Assembly (NCBI RefSeq): GCF_039654945.1 | Contig: NW_027361872.1 | Span: 11,842,001 to 11,906,000, forward strand | Direction of reading: 5' to 3' | From: Dendrobates tinctorius | Taxonomy: Eukaryota | DNA length: 64,000 nt | Shown here: piece by piece, positions 35,141 through 47,189 of the stretch | Layout of the letters: every line of letters starts with the position of its first letter | Position numbering within the stretch: position 1 is the first letter of the stretch | Notes under the pieces: model-generated | Database searches by the model: none | What the model was told of the DNA's origin: nothing | Seen by the model: only the letters and a program-made list of their open reading frames with translations | Translations under genes and position numbers: made by a program

Positions 35141-35963
35141 ATAGAAACTTATCAGTAGCAACTGTCATTTTCTATCTCAGTAATATAAAATCTGTCTTTA
35201 AGGAACACAAATTTTACCTGTAAATTGAGAATTCTGAAAAGGAATGATTAGTACTGGTGGAGAAAAAAAGCAGATTGCACTAATGAAATATATTGTAAAG
35301 TTCTTTATTTTCCATTGTAATATTAATTTGTGAAATAAAAATTAGAACGACTGTTACTCTTTAAGTGATTGCGGACGACCCCATGACTCAAAATGTCAGG
35401 GTGGTCCACATGTTTTGGAAAGTCATTGCAGAGTCAGCAACTGCACTTAGACAATGCAGCTGCAAGGACCGGGCAGCCAGCTGTCAGACAGGAGGATTCA
35501 CTCAGAGTCCCCCAGAGAGAACAGAGATGGTTTATCATCATATCTGCCTTCATAGCCGCTTTATGCAGCGGTTAGAAATGTCATGCAAGATCAGCTCAGA
35601 AAGCCAATTTTGCCCTGTAACTATGGCTATTTTATGCCAGCACCAGCTACAGCGAAAATCAAGAATTAAAAGAATGTATTTAAAAGTTGAAATGCCTATT
35701 CAAGATCCTTTATGACCATAAGGGGAAAACAATGTGTGAATTAAATGGAAAAAAGAAAGAAAAGCAGGAAAACAAAATTTTAAAAAAGCCACTGCTAGTC
35801 TAATTTACCATTTTTAGCACCATCCCGTACAAAAAACAAAAATGTATCCAATATGTAAAAAATGGTACTTAAAGTGAGCGTAATACAATTTTAAAAAAAA
35901 GTATCTTAGGTATCCTTTATGGCCCTAATATCTGAAAAAAAAGAAACAAAAAGTAAAACATAT

Positions 35964-37075
35964 ACAGGACTGTGCAAAAGTATTAGGAAGCTGGGGAAAA
36001 AGGTGCAAAGTACGAATGTTTTCAAAATAGAATTAGTTTATTTTTTATCAATTAAAAAATGTAAAAAACGCAAAGTGAATGAAAAAAAAAAAGAGAAATC
36101 TAAAATCCCATCAATATTTGGTGTGATCATCCCTTGCCTTCAAAACAGCATCAATTCTTCTAGGTACACTTGTACCCAGTTTTTAAAGGCAGGCATATAC
36201 TTATCCATAAGGCAATACCATTCGGGAGGTGTCCGATTGGCTCCATATAGGGTACGTAGATACGGCACTCATGGGTATGCCAGGTTCTCGGATAGGCTCC
36301 CATCCCATAGTATATGTAGAAAAAATCCGGCACGCCAATCTTCAAAAAATACCAGACTTATATTCTACAAAGTACAGCCCAATAGCGTGTAAAGTGTGAC
36401 GTTCCGGCCTATGCAACCTTTCTCAAACATGCACCAGAATATTTGGACCTTAGGGTTAACTTGCTGATTAGCGCTATAGAAATGCGACCACCGTCGCTGT
36501 GAGCAAGGCGCCGATTGACTCCATATTTATTGTTAAGCAGAACGACCTCAAAAATACAGCCAACATCATTAAAGGAAACTTGTCATGTAAACAAAAAATG
36601 CTACTAACCTGCAGATGTGGGGTTAATCTGCAGGTTTATAATGTTCTGAAGCTGCCTAGCACCACCAGTACTGAGAGCACCCTTGCCAGGAGCAAATTAA
36701 CTTTATTCCTCCCGCGAGCCTCTCCTAGTAAAGAAGAACAAGAAGTCCTGGAAGTGTTGATATGAACCCCACAGATTCCTGATCCTAACATCATCGAGCC
36801 TGTCTGGGATTACGTGAAGAGTTAGAAGGTTTTACACAAGAGACATCCACAGACCTGAGGTTAGTTCTCCAAGATGTTTGGAACAACCTCTCTGCAGAGT
36901 TCCTTCAAAAACTATGCACAAGTGTATTTATGAGAAATGATGCTCTGATGCTGTTTTGAAGGCAAAGAACGATCACAACAAATAGAGATTTCATTTTTAT
37001 TTCTTTTATTTATTAACTTTGCATTTTCTAAATTGCTAAAATTAAATTATTAACACTGCTATTTTAGAAAGCACA
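35964..37075. mobile_element. Decayed Tc1-type remnants with nested fragments
   Basis: TA|CAGGACTGTGCAAAAGTATT terminus; C-terminal transposase-like DNA near 36750-36980; T2 MITE fragment at 36572. Confidence 0.5.
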
Positions 37076-37239
37076 CACACACTTAAGTGTGTGCGGGACA
37101 AAAGTGGTTATTATTTTTTTTATTTACAATGTGCTAGCAAATTCTACGAGCTTAATATCAACTGATAATCGTGTACAAAAATGACATAAAAGTAATGTAC
37201 ATCAGAAGAACATAAAAACAAGTAAATAAAACAGCTTAC

Positions 37240-37485
37240 CCTGCAGCTTCCAGCAAAGGTGTAGGGTCAAATCCAGCTAGTAGCAAATAGGGCAGCCATT
37301 CTTTGTAATGGCATTCATATAACTGTTGTCTAAATGCATCCAGTTGATCCCCAGAAGGCAATGGGCAGTGCTGGCTCAGAAAGTAACGAAATAAAGGAAA
37401 ATTGCTGTGTTTCAAACATCTCATTAGGTAAAAGCTTGACAGCTGGAATCCATATTTGAGAAGAAGCAGAGCCATTACTGAATGC
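37240..37485 (-). CDS. asb3: ASB3 internal coding exon
   Basis: Acceptor ttttag|GCAT and donor GCAGG|gtaagc; 246 bp; phase fits the upstream exon (GG|G). Encodes HSVMALLLLKYG...FRYFL...YKEWLPYLLLAGFDP, matching the ASB3 motif YKEWLPHLLVAGFDP. Confidence 0.93.
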
Positions 37486-38309
37486 CTAAAACAGATAGGA
37501 ACAGTTCAATGCTTAATGAAACCACTGTTTAGTTATTGCAAAGAAATTAACAATTTACTCTTACTCTGTATAAAAATCATTGTATCAAAGACAAAACTGG
37601 ATATTAAGATATGTTCACTGACTTTCAAATCATAAATGCACCCTTTTCAGATCATGTTAGAAATCAGAAATTATAGTAAAAGATGACACATTTTTCTCTA
37701 TTTAGGACAAGTACAAAAGAAGCAGCATAAAATACAATATATAGCAGTACTAAGCAGTGTAACTGTGATTCCAGCTCTGGATTAAACTAAATCAGTCACT
37801 TGATTCATCACAACTTGGGTGTCTCTGTCTCTGCTTGTTTTCTTGCTCTACCCCAAACCCCTCACCTTTCTGCTCTCCTTAGATTATTATACTGCTGTAA
37901 CCTGACAGCTCAGTCTGCTGGGTGTCCATCATGCTGTGACAAAGACAGATATGATATGCGCTTTAAAGTGGATTGAGAGCTCAGATGTCAAAGAGAGGGA
38001 AATAGCGCAGGGGGCCCAAGGGGCCCATGGCCAGATGGCTCATTAAAGTCTTTTTTGTCTCCATTGGCAGCACGCATCAGCTGGCAGGGAGCATTCCTGA
38101 GGCTCCACTGCCGGCAATAGCAAATTGCAGAGTAGCTGCCGTAAACCGCTCTCAACTTCCTGCATGGAACTATCTCTATGAGTAAGCTGGCGCCAAGAGT
38201 CACACCAGCTGCTTCACTTAGCAGATAACTGGTCAGGAGAGACTGGAAGCGGGGGATCAATTGGAGGGGAACAAGAAAACTTTTTTTGTTAACACAGTGG
38301 GTAGAAAAC

Positions 38310-38790
38310 GACACAAGTGGGATAAAGGTGGGAGAGAGGACATGAAATTGTAATGAACTGGGGGTAGTGGTATAAATAGGACATTAAATTGTAATGAATT
38401 TGGGGAGGGGTGAATAAGAGTACATGGAATTGTAATGAAATGGGGGGAGAGGACATGGAATTGTAATGAAATGGGGGGAGAAGACATGGAATTGTAATGA
38501 ATTGTGGGTGGTGGTAGGAGAGAGGTCATGAAATTGTAATTAATTGGGAGGGAAAACTATGAAATGGAATTGCAATGAATTGGTGTGGGAAAGTATATTG
38601 ATTTGTAATATATTGGGGAGCGTTTGGAAAAAGAACATGAAATAATAAAGAATTGGAGTGCAAGTGGAAGAGAGAACATTGATTTGTAATGAACTGTGGG
38701 AGGGATGGGACAGAGGACATGTAATTGCAATGAACTGGGGGGATAGGATGCAGAACAGGGACATAATGAATTGTGGTGAGAAGCATGGTG
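38310..38790. repeat. Degenerate ~31-36 bp minisatellite
   Basis: Recurrent gaggacatggaattgtaatgaa..gggg units. Confidence 0.8.
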
Positions 38791-39605
38791 GCTAATTAAT
38801 TTATATTTTATTGGAAAAAATGGTTAAAATGGGAGGCAGGGTGCCGACTTATCAATTTTTAATTTTAATGGTGGGTTTCACAGTGCTTAATTATACAGTA
38901 CAAATATATTGTGGTGCCGCGGTAGCACCGTACACAGTGATGAGGCAGTGACCCAAAAAGTTTCAACACAAAAGTCTATTTACTGTGTTACTTCACACAT
39001 TAAAGTCTAATTCCCACAATTGCATAATATTCAGAATCCACTTCGGATAAGTGCATATAACCTCAGTGCATATTATCAGTGTTAAATTCACACCAGTTCA
39101 TAGCACTACACGGCTTTGTATCACAGTCCCTAAACATGCCGGACTTCACCTTGTCCAGTTTCCATGGGCGACTGCACGCCGTGCCAATGTCTCTCACAGC
39201 CTCCTTTAGCCTGCAGTCACGACACACGCTAGTCCACCTCTGACTAGTTCCCGTGGGTGTCCTGCACCACTGTATCACAGTCTCTACTCACAGCCGTACA
39301 CAGACATTGACATCCTCCTGTCTGCAGCTGTGACACATGCCAGTCCTCCTTCGGGCACAGGACAGCCTAACCTCCGGGTCTCCTCCGGGCACAAGACCTG
39401 TCCACATACGAGACCAGTCGCCATGGACGGCAGCACTGCTGTGTACACTGTGGGGTACTAGGCCTCACTCTGGCCCTGACACACCTGAGACTCACTAAGA
39501 ACTCACTAACCCTTTCCTGCAGGGTTTTTAACATAGCAACCTGTGGCTTTCAGCCACCTGGAAAACCTGGGTCCGGAATGGAATAGACTGCAACACTAAC
39601 ATACT

Positions 39606-40219
39606 AGAGAAAACAAAAAGCAAAAAACACAAATAAAAAGTAAAAAATAAACTGCAAATAATGCATAAAGGTAATAATAATAAGGGTATTTAGTAAACAT
39701 AATTTTGATCAAAATAATGTACAAGCCATCCCGCCACGTCACGGCAACCCTTGTGGGACAGTCCCTACTCTAGTATTTAAAACCTTTTCACTTGCCAAGT
39801 GTCGTGAATGTGAACAAGGATCTGACCCATTAGTAAAAGCATAGGCCAGACTGGATGGTTTTCCCAGATCAGAAAGAGGGCGGTCACACCCTTATATGCA
39901 CTGAATGCACAATGAAATGGATAAAAAAAACTGAAGTCTGAACTGAGAAAATAAATTAATGTGTATGCACAATGTAAGTGCATATTAACACATGACCATT
40001 AACCAGAAAAAAACAAAAAGCAAAAAACACAAATAAAAAGTAAAAAATAAAAATTGCAAATAATGCATAAAGGATCCCTCGATCCTTGTTCACATTCACG
40101 TCACTTGGCAAGTGCAAAGGTTTTAAATACTAGAGTAGGACTGTCCCACAAGGGTTGCCGTGACGTGGCAGGATGGCTTCTACATTATTTTGATCAAAAT
40201 TATGTTTACTAAATACCCT
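39606..40219. repeat. Second locus of the 416-bp family: reverse copy (39606-40073) joined to a forward fragment (40081-40219)
   Basis: High identity to the units at 33871-35140; inserted in an LTR-like element that starts at about 38910. Confidence 0.88.
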
Positions 40220-40400
40220 ACGGCCTTCATACACCTCCTTGCATATCCTGGGGAGACTACACAGCGACCCCCTACATGTAACATCGGTCACTGCTTCACC
40301 ATTGCTATCCCAGCTATGCTTGTGACCGTAATGCATTCCCATAGCCTCAATACAACTCCGTGTGTATCCTGGAGAGAACACACAGTGCCCCCCAGCTGTA

Positions 40401-40538
40401 NNNNNNNNNNNNNNNNNNNNNNNNNNNNNNNNNNNNNNNNNNNNNNNNNNNNNNNNNNNNNNNNNNNNNNNNNNNNNNNNNNNNNNNNNNNNNNNNNNNN
40501 NNNNNNNNNNNNNNNNNNNNNNNNNNNNNNNNNNNNNN
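40401..40538. other. Assembly gap (N run)
   Basis: 138 N bases. Confidence 0.99.
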
Positions 40539-40684
40539 TGAAATAAGTATTGAACACGCCACCAATTTTCGGGCACACATGATCACCCGGCTACTGCAGC
40601 TTCTGGCACGGGAAAAAGCGCTGCAAGGGAGCTCAAGGACGGTAAGTAGGATGGTTTACTTTTTTGTATGTTTTTCTGATGGGG

Positions 40685-40960
40685 GCCATGCATACCAGGA
40701 TAGGGATGAGGAAGCATGCATACCAGGATAGGGATGAGGTGGCCATGCATACCAGGACGGGGATGAAGAGACATGAATACCAGGATGGGGATGAGGGGTC
40801 CATGCATACCAGGGTAGGGATGAGGAGCCATGCATACCAGGATAGGGATGAGGAAGACATGCATACCAGGATAGGGATGAGGAGCCATGCATACCAGGAT
40901 AGGGATGAGGAGAAGCCATACATATCAGGATAGGGATGAGGGGACAATGTATACCAGGCC
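40685..40960. repeat. ~29-bp minisatellite inside a Tc1/pogo-type MITE, followed by (TG)n(TA)n
   Basis: atgcataccaggatagggatgaggagcc units; gcttatactcgg terminal motif; TA microsatellite at 41049-41096. Confidence 0.8.
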
Positions 40961-42241
40961 TATACTCTAGTCAAGACGTTTTCCGTTTTTTTGTGGTAAA
41001 ATTAGGTGCCTCAGCTTATACTCGGTTCGGCTTATACGGTGTGTGTGTGTATATATATATATATATACCGTATATATATATATATATATATATATATTTA
41101 CAATTTTTGGAATGTTCAAGTAAACTTTGGAAAATCCACTAATCCATCATAAACACAGTCTCGACGTTAAAGGATTTACTGAATGTTAATATAAATTTAA
41201 ATATCTTACAAAACCATTTGAATAAATCTTGACCCTAATCTGGCCCCCGAAACTATATTAAAAGTTACAACAAGCCATTAAGATTTACTTTCCAAAAATT
41301 AGTCACTAGCCATGGATTCCATTTAAAAGCTGTCTGATGGAACTCACGTAGAATCACAATAAATTCCAGCTCTGGAGTCTGACTACGGTGTTTGTTATTC
41401 TGTTCACACTCCGCTCTGCCCTAAATAACAAAACTCGGCTAAGAAAGCCGGCCACTTGCAGTCGATAGATTTCAGCAATCATACCTAATGGCGAAAAAAC
41501 AAACAAGAACAATGATACTCGGTGACAAGTGTTGAACAAATGAAACCTGAACTAATTTGATTTCTCCGGTTTAAGATCATTCTGAGAAGAACGGCCGCAA
41601 TATGGGTTATCAATACGCGGTCTTTTTATTAAATAAGAACTGCAAAAAAAAAGCCTCTCTGATGACTTGACAGCTTAGATCCTCCAGAACAAGAGAGAAA
41701 ATTAACAATACAAACATCATCTAAATAGTCAATATTCAGACAGCGTTATTGACCAAAGATAAAAAGGAAGAAGAAGCCACAACAATGGCGTCACCCTACT
41801 TATCTATTTTTATTAAGTCATTTGCTGCAGACCAAACAAAAACACGCAAATAATGTGCGGGGATTTCGGGAGACATGCTCGAGTTGATACACTGTAAAAT
41901 GCTATACAATGAACCTTAAGCAGTGCTTCATTGCAAGCCTCATGCATAATTTATAAGGGACCTGCCAGAGAAAACTCTGGCTATTATCCAGGCGTACGTG
42001 TTCACATGTGCAAGCAAGGGTTTGGATGAGTTCCTGCCTCGAGCAATTTCAAATCATCCACCGTCTGACCACAGAAACATTAACTATAATAGGTTAGCCA
42101 TAATGCAAATGCTTTCATTAGACGGGGTGATCTCGCTCCTGTGCTTGCTTTTTAATACCGCTCTTTTTTTTTTAGGTAGAGTGAATGTATTTGGTATAAA
42201 CGTATTTGACAGTTTTAGACTTCTAGAATAAGAAAACTTAA

Positions 42242-42848
42242 AGGGAATCTGTCACCTCATTTTTGGCCTATAAGCTGTGGCCACAGCCATCAGGGGCTTA
42301 TCTACAGCATTCTGTAATGCTGTAGATAAGCCCCCGATGTAACCTGAAAGATAAGAAAAGCGAGTTAGATTATACTCACCCCAGGGTCCGGTCCAGTCTG
42401 ATGAGTGTCACGGTCCGGCGCCTTCCACCTTCTAGCGATGACGTCCTCCTCCTTACTTCTGCTGTGGCTCCTGCGCAGGCGTACTTTCTCTGACCTGTTG
42501 AGGGCAGGGCAGAGCAGAGTACTGCAGTGCCCAGGCGCCGGGAAAGGTCAGAGAGGTCCGGCCCCTGCGCACTGCAGTACTTTACTCTGCCCTCAACCAG
42601 GCAGAGAAAGTACACCTGTGCAGGAGCCGCAGCAGAAGTAAGGAGGAGGATGTCATCGCTAGAAGATGGGAGGCGCCGGACCGCGACACCAACCGCACCG
42701 GACCGGACCCCGCAGTGAGTATAATCTAACTCGTTTTTCTTCTCTTTCAGGTTACATAGGGGGCTTATCTACAGCATTACAGAATGCTGTAATGCTGATG
42801 TGGCGGTAGCCGCATCTCGTAGGCCAAAAATGAGGTGACAGATTCCCT
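42242..42848. mobile_element. Palindromic T2/Kolobok MITE
   Basis: TTAA|AGGGAATCTGTCACCTCATTTTTGGCCT...AGGCCAAAAATGAGGTGACAGATTCCCT|TTAA; inverted symmetry over the whole length. Confidence 0.92.
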
Positions 42849-43888
42849 TTAATGCACTCATCATAAAACAGGCCAAGATGTAGCAGAGGGCCGAGTTTAT
42901 CATCTCATACAAACAGATATATTATTTGCTGTTATATACAGTCACAGTGCTATACAAAAGGTCCCCAGCTCACATACAAGAGTGACAATTTTATAGGAAG
43001 CCAATTAAAAGGGTTGTCAGCCTTATTTTAAATAATGTTAATGTGTTGGGGACATTATTGTGTGGCATTTACTGATATATCAGTATCACAAGTTCTCCTC
43101 TTACACTTGATAGTGCCGCTTTCCTCATAGACTCCTCTAAAAATGTCTGCCGACACGTGACTAGACCTGCCCATCAGTTTCCTCCAATTGCAAACACTGT
43201 ATATTGGAAAGCTACTTTTCAACTGGAGGAATCTGATGGGCAGGTCTGGTCACAGGCTCCTCCACCAGGAACCATTTTCAGAGGATTCTGTGAGGAAGGC
43301 TGTACTAACAAGAGCAGGAGGAGAACCTGTAATACCTGTATGATAGGAAGTGTCACCAAATCATGTCCTCAACACATCTGTTAAAATTACGAAAAACTTA
43401 TTAACCCTTGTAAGCCCATGCTTTTATCACCCTTTCATTCTTTTTTAAACGTATATACCGAGAAAAGCAGCAGACATATATTGAATTGGGGCTAACATTG
43501 ACCAACTGTACACTATAATGTTATCTGTTTAATAAATGCATCGTAAGTAGAGATGAGCAAGCCCAAATTGTAAACTTCAGGGTTCCTACCGGAGACTTAG
43601 TGTCCGGTGTTGAACTCCGAACGCGGGCTTCTCCTGGAAATCCGTTTTACAGCTCTTGAGTCCCCACTGATTACTATGGAGTTCAGGTTCAAGCTCGGGT
43701 ACAGTTCTGGTACCCGAACAGAACTTTGGACTAAAGTTCGGTCGAACTCGAATTTCCATGGGTCATCTCATCCCTAATAATAAGCTCTTGTATAGATTTG
43801 CATTATACAGAATATCTGTAAAATGAATGCCATTTTAACCCATAGGTAACAATCGCCACTGTATGCACAAGCTACGGTCACACAAAGG

Positions 43889-46800
43889 ATTAGCTTAGAT
43901 ACTCACCGATAACGGTGTTTCTCGGAACCCATGATAGCATCACGGAGAGAGGGGATCCGCCCTTCAGGGACAGGAACCTTCAGATAAAAGGGCAGTACCT
44001 CTCCTCCGCCTTCAGTTGGTTACAGAGCATCAGAGGGTCTCCAGGTTAGTTAAACAGAAATATATGCACAACATTATAATATTGCTTATTTATCAGAAGC
44101 ACCGTGCTTAAACGGAAACACTCTACAAACAGTAAAACGTGCTCACCACACTCGTGAAGGGGAGGGGAATAAGTCATGGGTTCCGAGAAACACCGTTATC
44201 GGTGAGTAACTAAGCTATTCTCTCTCACCCATGACAGCACCACGGAGAGAATTACAGAGATTGGTAGCTTAGGGAGGGACCACCGCCTGAAGGACCCTTC
44301 TCCCAAAGGTCAGGTCAGACGTAGAGGCTAGATCTAATCTATAGTGCCTGAAAAAGGTCGAAGGTGATGACCAGGTGACCGCCTTACAGATTTGTTCTAT
44401 CGATACCTCAGATCTTTCAGCCCATGAGGTCGCCATCGCTCTTGTGGAATGGGCTCTCAAACCTTCCGGGATGGTATTTCCACTGGATGAGTATGCCAGG
44501 GCAATCACATCCCTTATCCACCTTGCCAGGGTACTCTTAGATGCTTTGAGTCCCTTCCGAGGTCCCTGGAAACACACACAGAGAGAGCCTTCCTTCCAAT
44601 ATTTTTGGTGACCTCTAGATAATGTACTAGGCACCTCTTCACATCTAAGGTGTGGAATTTTTCTTCTCCCTTATTTTTAGGATTTGGGCAGAAGAAGGAA
44701 GGACTACCTCTTGGGACCTATGAAAATGTGATGACACTTTTGGTAGATAGGCCGGGTCAGGTTTTAAAATGACTCTATCCTCTAGAATTTTTGTGAAAGG
44801 AGGCCCCGCTGATAAAGCTTGCATATCGCTCACCCTGCGAGCTGATGTTAATGACACCAGAAGCACTGTTTTTAACAACAGGATTCTTAGGGATGCCGAG
44901 TGGATAGGTTCGAACGGAGGGCCTGTTAGTGTGGACAGTACAATATTCAGGTCCCACGATGGTACTCTTTGACTAGCTATTGGTCTAGATCTGGTTACGG
45001 CCTTAATAAATCTTGTCACCCAAGGATTACCTGCCACATCATGGTTATAAAGGGCGCCTAAAGCCGCTACTTGCACCTTTAATGTGTTGACCGCTAGACC
45101 CTGTTCTAGGCCCCTTTGTAGAAATTCAAAGATCTTATCAATGTGAACCCCGTCCTGATCCTTTACCCCAGAAGTGGATAAGAATTTTTTCCACGTTCTC
45201 CCATAAGCTCTCATCGTAACCGGTTTTCTATTTTTTTGTAGTGTAGTTATCAGGTTCTCGGAAAATGCTCTGTCTCTCATCAGTGCCCTCTCAAATTCCA
45301 TGCAGTTAAATGGAGATTCCCTGCCTGAGGGTGTAACACTGGGCCCTGTGATAGCAGGTCCGGGAGATGTGGTAGGATCCATGGGTCGGTTACCGAGAGC
45401 ATTCATAGCCAGGAGAACCACGTTCTTTTGGGCCAGAAGGGGGCTATTAATATCATTCTTGCTCCGTCCTTCATGACTTTACTAAGGACTGTCGGAATAA
45501 GTATTATCGGGGGAAAGGCATATGTTAGGCTCTGTGTCCATGGGAGCATGAAGGCATCCAGAGCTAGAGGATTCCCACTGGGGTCTAGGGAGCAGAAGGT
45601 TTTCACTTTTTTGTTTCTGAAGTCGGCAAACAGATCTATGTCCGGGGCCCCCGACATTTTTACAATCTGACGAAAATCAGACCACTTTAGGACCCATTCC
45701 CCTTGCCGTAATTGGGTGCGGCTCAGAAAGTCTGCTTTTTGATTCTCCGTGCCTCGGATGTGTAGCGCTGACAGAGATAGCAGGTTTGCCTCTGCTAGTT
45801 TGAGGACTCTGAGGATGTGTCCATTAGGGCTCGGGACCTCGTTCCCCCCTAGTGATTTATATAGGTTACTGTGACTCGATTGTCCGAAAATATGCGGACA
45901 TGATGATCTTTGAGCAAGGGTAGGAAGTGTTTTAACGCGTAGCCCACTGCTAAGAGCTCTTTCTGGTTTGAGGGGGCTTCTACTTTAATTCTTGACCTCT
46001 CCACGCACCCTGAGCCACCTCATGGTTCATGTCTGCTCCCCATCCTGTGGGACTGGCATCTGTAACTATGTGTGTTATTTTTGTTACCCAGGGAATCCCT
46101 TTGGAAAGGTTGTCTTGGCTTCTCCACTAGGCTAGGGAATGAGTCGTTTTTGAATTTAGGGTGATACGACCCTCTAGGTGTCCCCCCACTGCTGACTGGT
46201 TGGCTAGTACGTCCCACTGTAGATCTCTCGTGTGTAACTGAGCCCATTGGACTGCTGGCAGGCAGGCGGAGAGGGAACCCAGCAGTGACATAGCTTTCCT
46301 CCCCGATATAGGTAGGGGTCTAGTACAAGTGGGGCATTCCCTGTTCTTTTTACCCTTCTTCTTTCCCTATTAAGGATAGGAATTCTATTACAATGGTGAA
46401 CATTCACGGAGATCACTCACCCAGAAGTATGCGGCTGCAGGTACCGATTCGGGGGACGGAGTCAGGTCCTGTACAGGCTGATCTCCTTGTGGCGATTTGC
46501 TCCTTGCAGCTGACGTGCTGCGCTGCATGGAGTGACTGCTGGAACGGCCATTCCTGTCTCGTTCCTTCTGGCGATGATGGTGGTGGTGCTGCTGCTGCTG
46601 TTTAAGCTGCTGCCTAGCTTGCTGCTCCTGTTGCTGGTCGCTATCCCCCATTGTTCAGGATCACTTCCAGCCAGGAGTGTTGCTAGCCCCACCATTTTAA
46701 ATTTCCCGGCTTGTGCCGTCACCGCTCCCATCCTGCACCTCGTTCGTCGGGGAAAGCGCTCCTGCGCATGCGCCGGTTCCAGGGACCCGGAAGCCGGCTT

Positions 46801-47189
46801 CTATTTCCGGGGAGGCCGCCATCTTGGTACACCTCTGTACCATGGCGCCGCCCGCGTGTTTTCCGGGTCCCTGCGAGCCCCGACCTCCTCTCTGGAGCGG
46901 CGGCTCCGACGTCTCTCCCGCCCGCTCACCTGGCAGCCCGCATCGGCCCCAGCAGTGGCGGCTTCGGGCACCGCACCTCCCTGTGGCAGGGGGCTCCCTG
47001 CTGCCATGCACCGGTCAGGCCGGCCCCGGATCCTCGGACACAGCGAACAGGTACTGTCCTGTGGGTCCCCCGTCAGGGACAGGAACCCAACTGAAGGCGG
47101 AGGAGAGGTACCGCCCTTTTATCTGTAGGTTCCTGTCCCTGAAGGGCGGATGCCCTCTCTCCGTGGTGCTGTCATGGGTGAGAGAGAAA
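43889..47189 (-). mobile_element. DIRS1-like tyrosine-recombinase retrotransposon A (internally deleted)
   Basis: Inverted terminal repeats (cccatga.agca.cacggagaga...gggacaggaacc) and an internal complementary region at 44175-44250. YR motifs SARRVSDM, RAHSTRA and FFRHYR at 44269-45421; DLFA..YAFPP methyltransferase-like motif; RNase H remnants. Confidence 0.9.

Noticed and set aside
40130-40731. ORFs spanning the N run
   Set aside because: Artefacts of the assembly gap.
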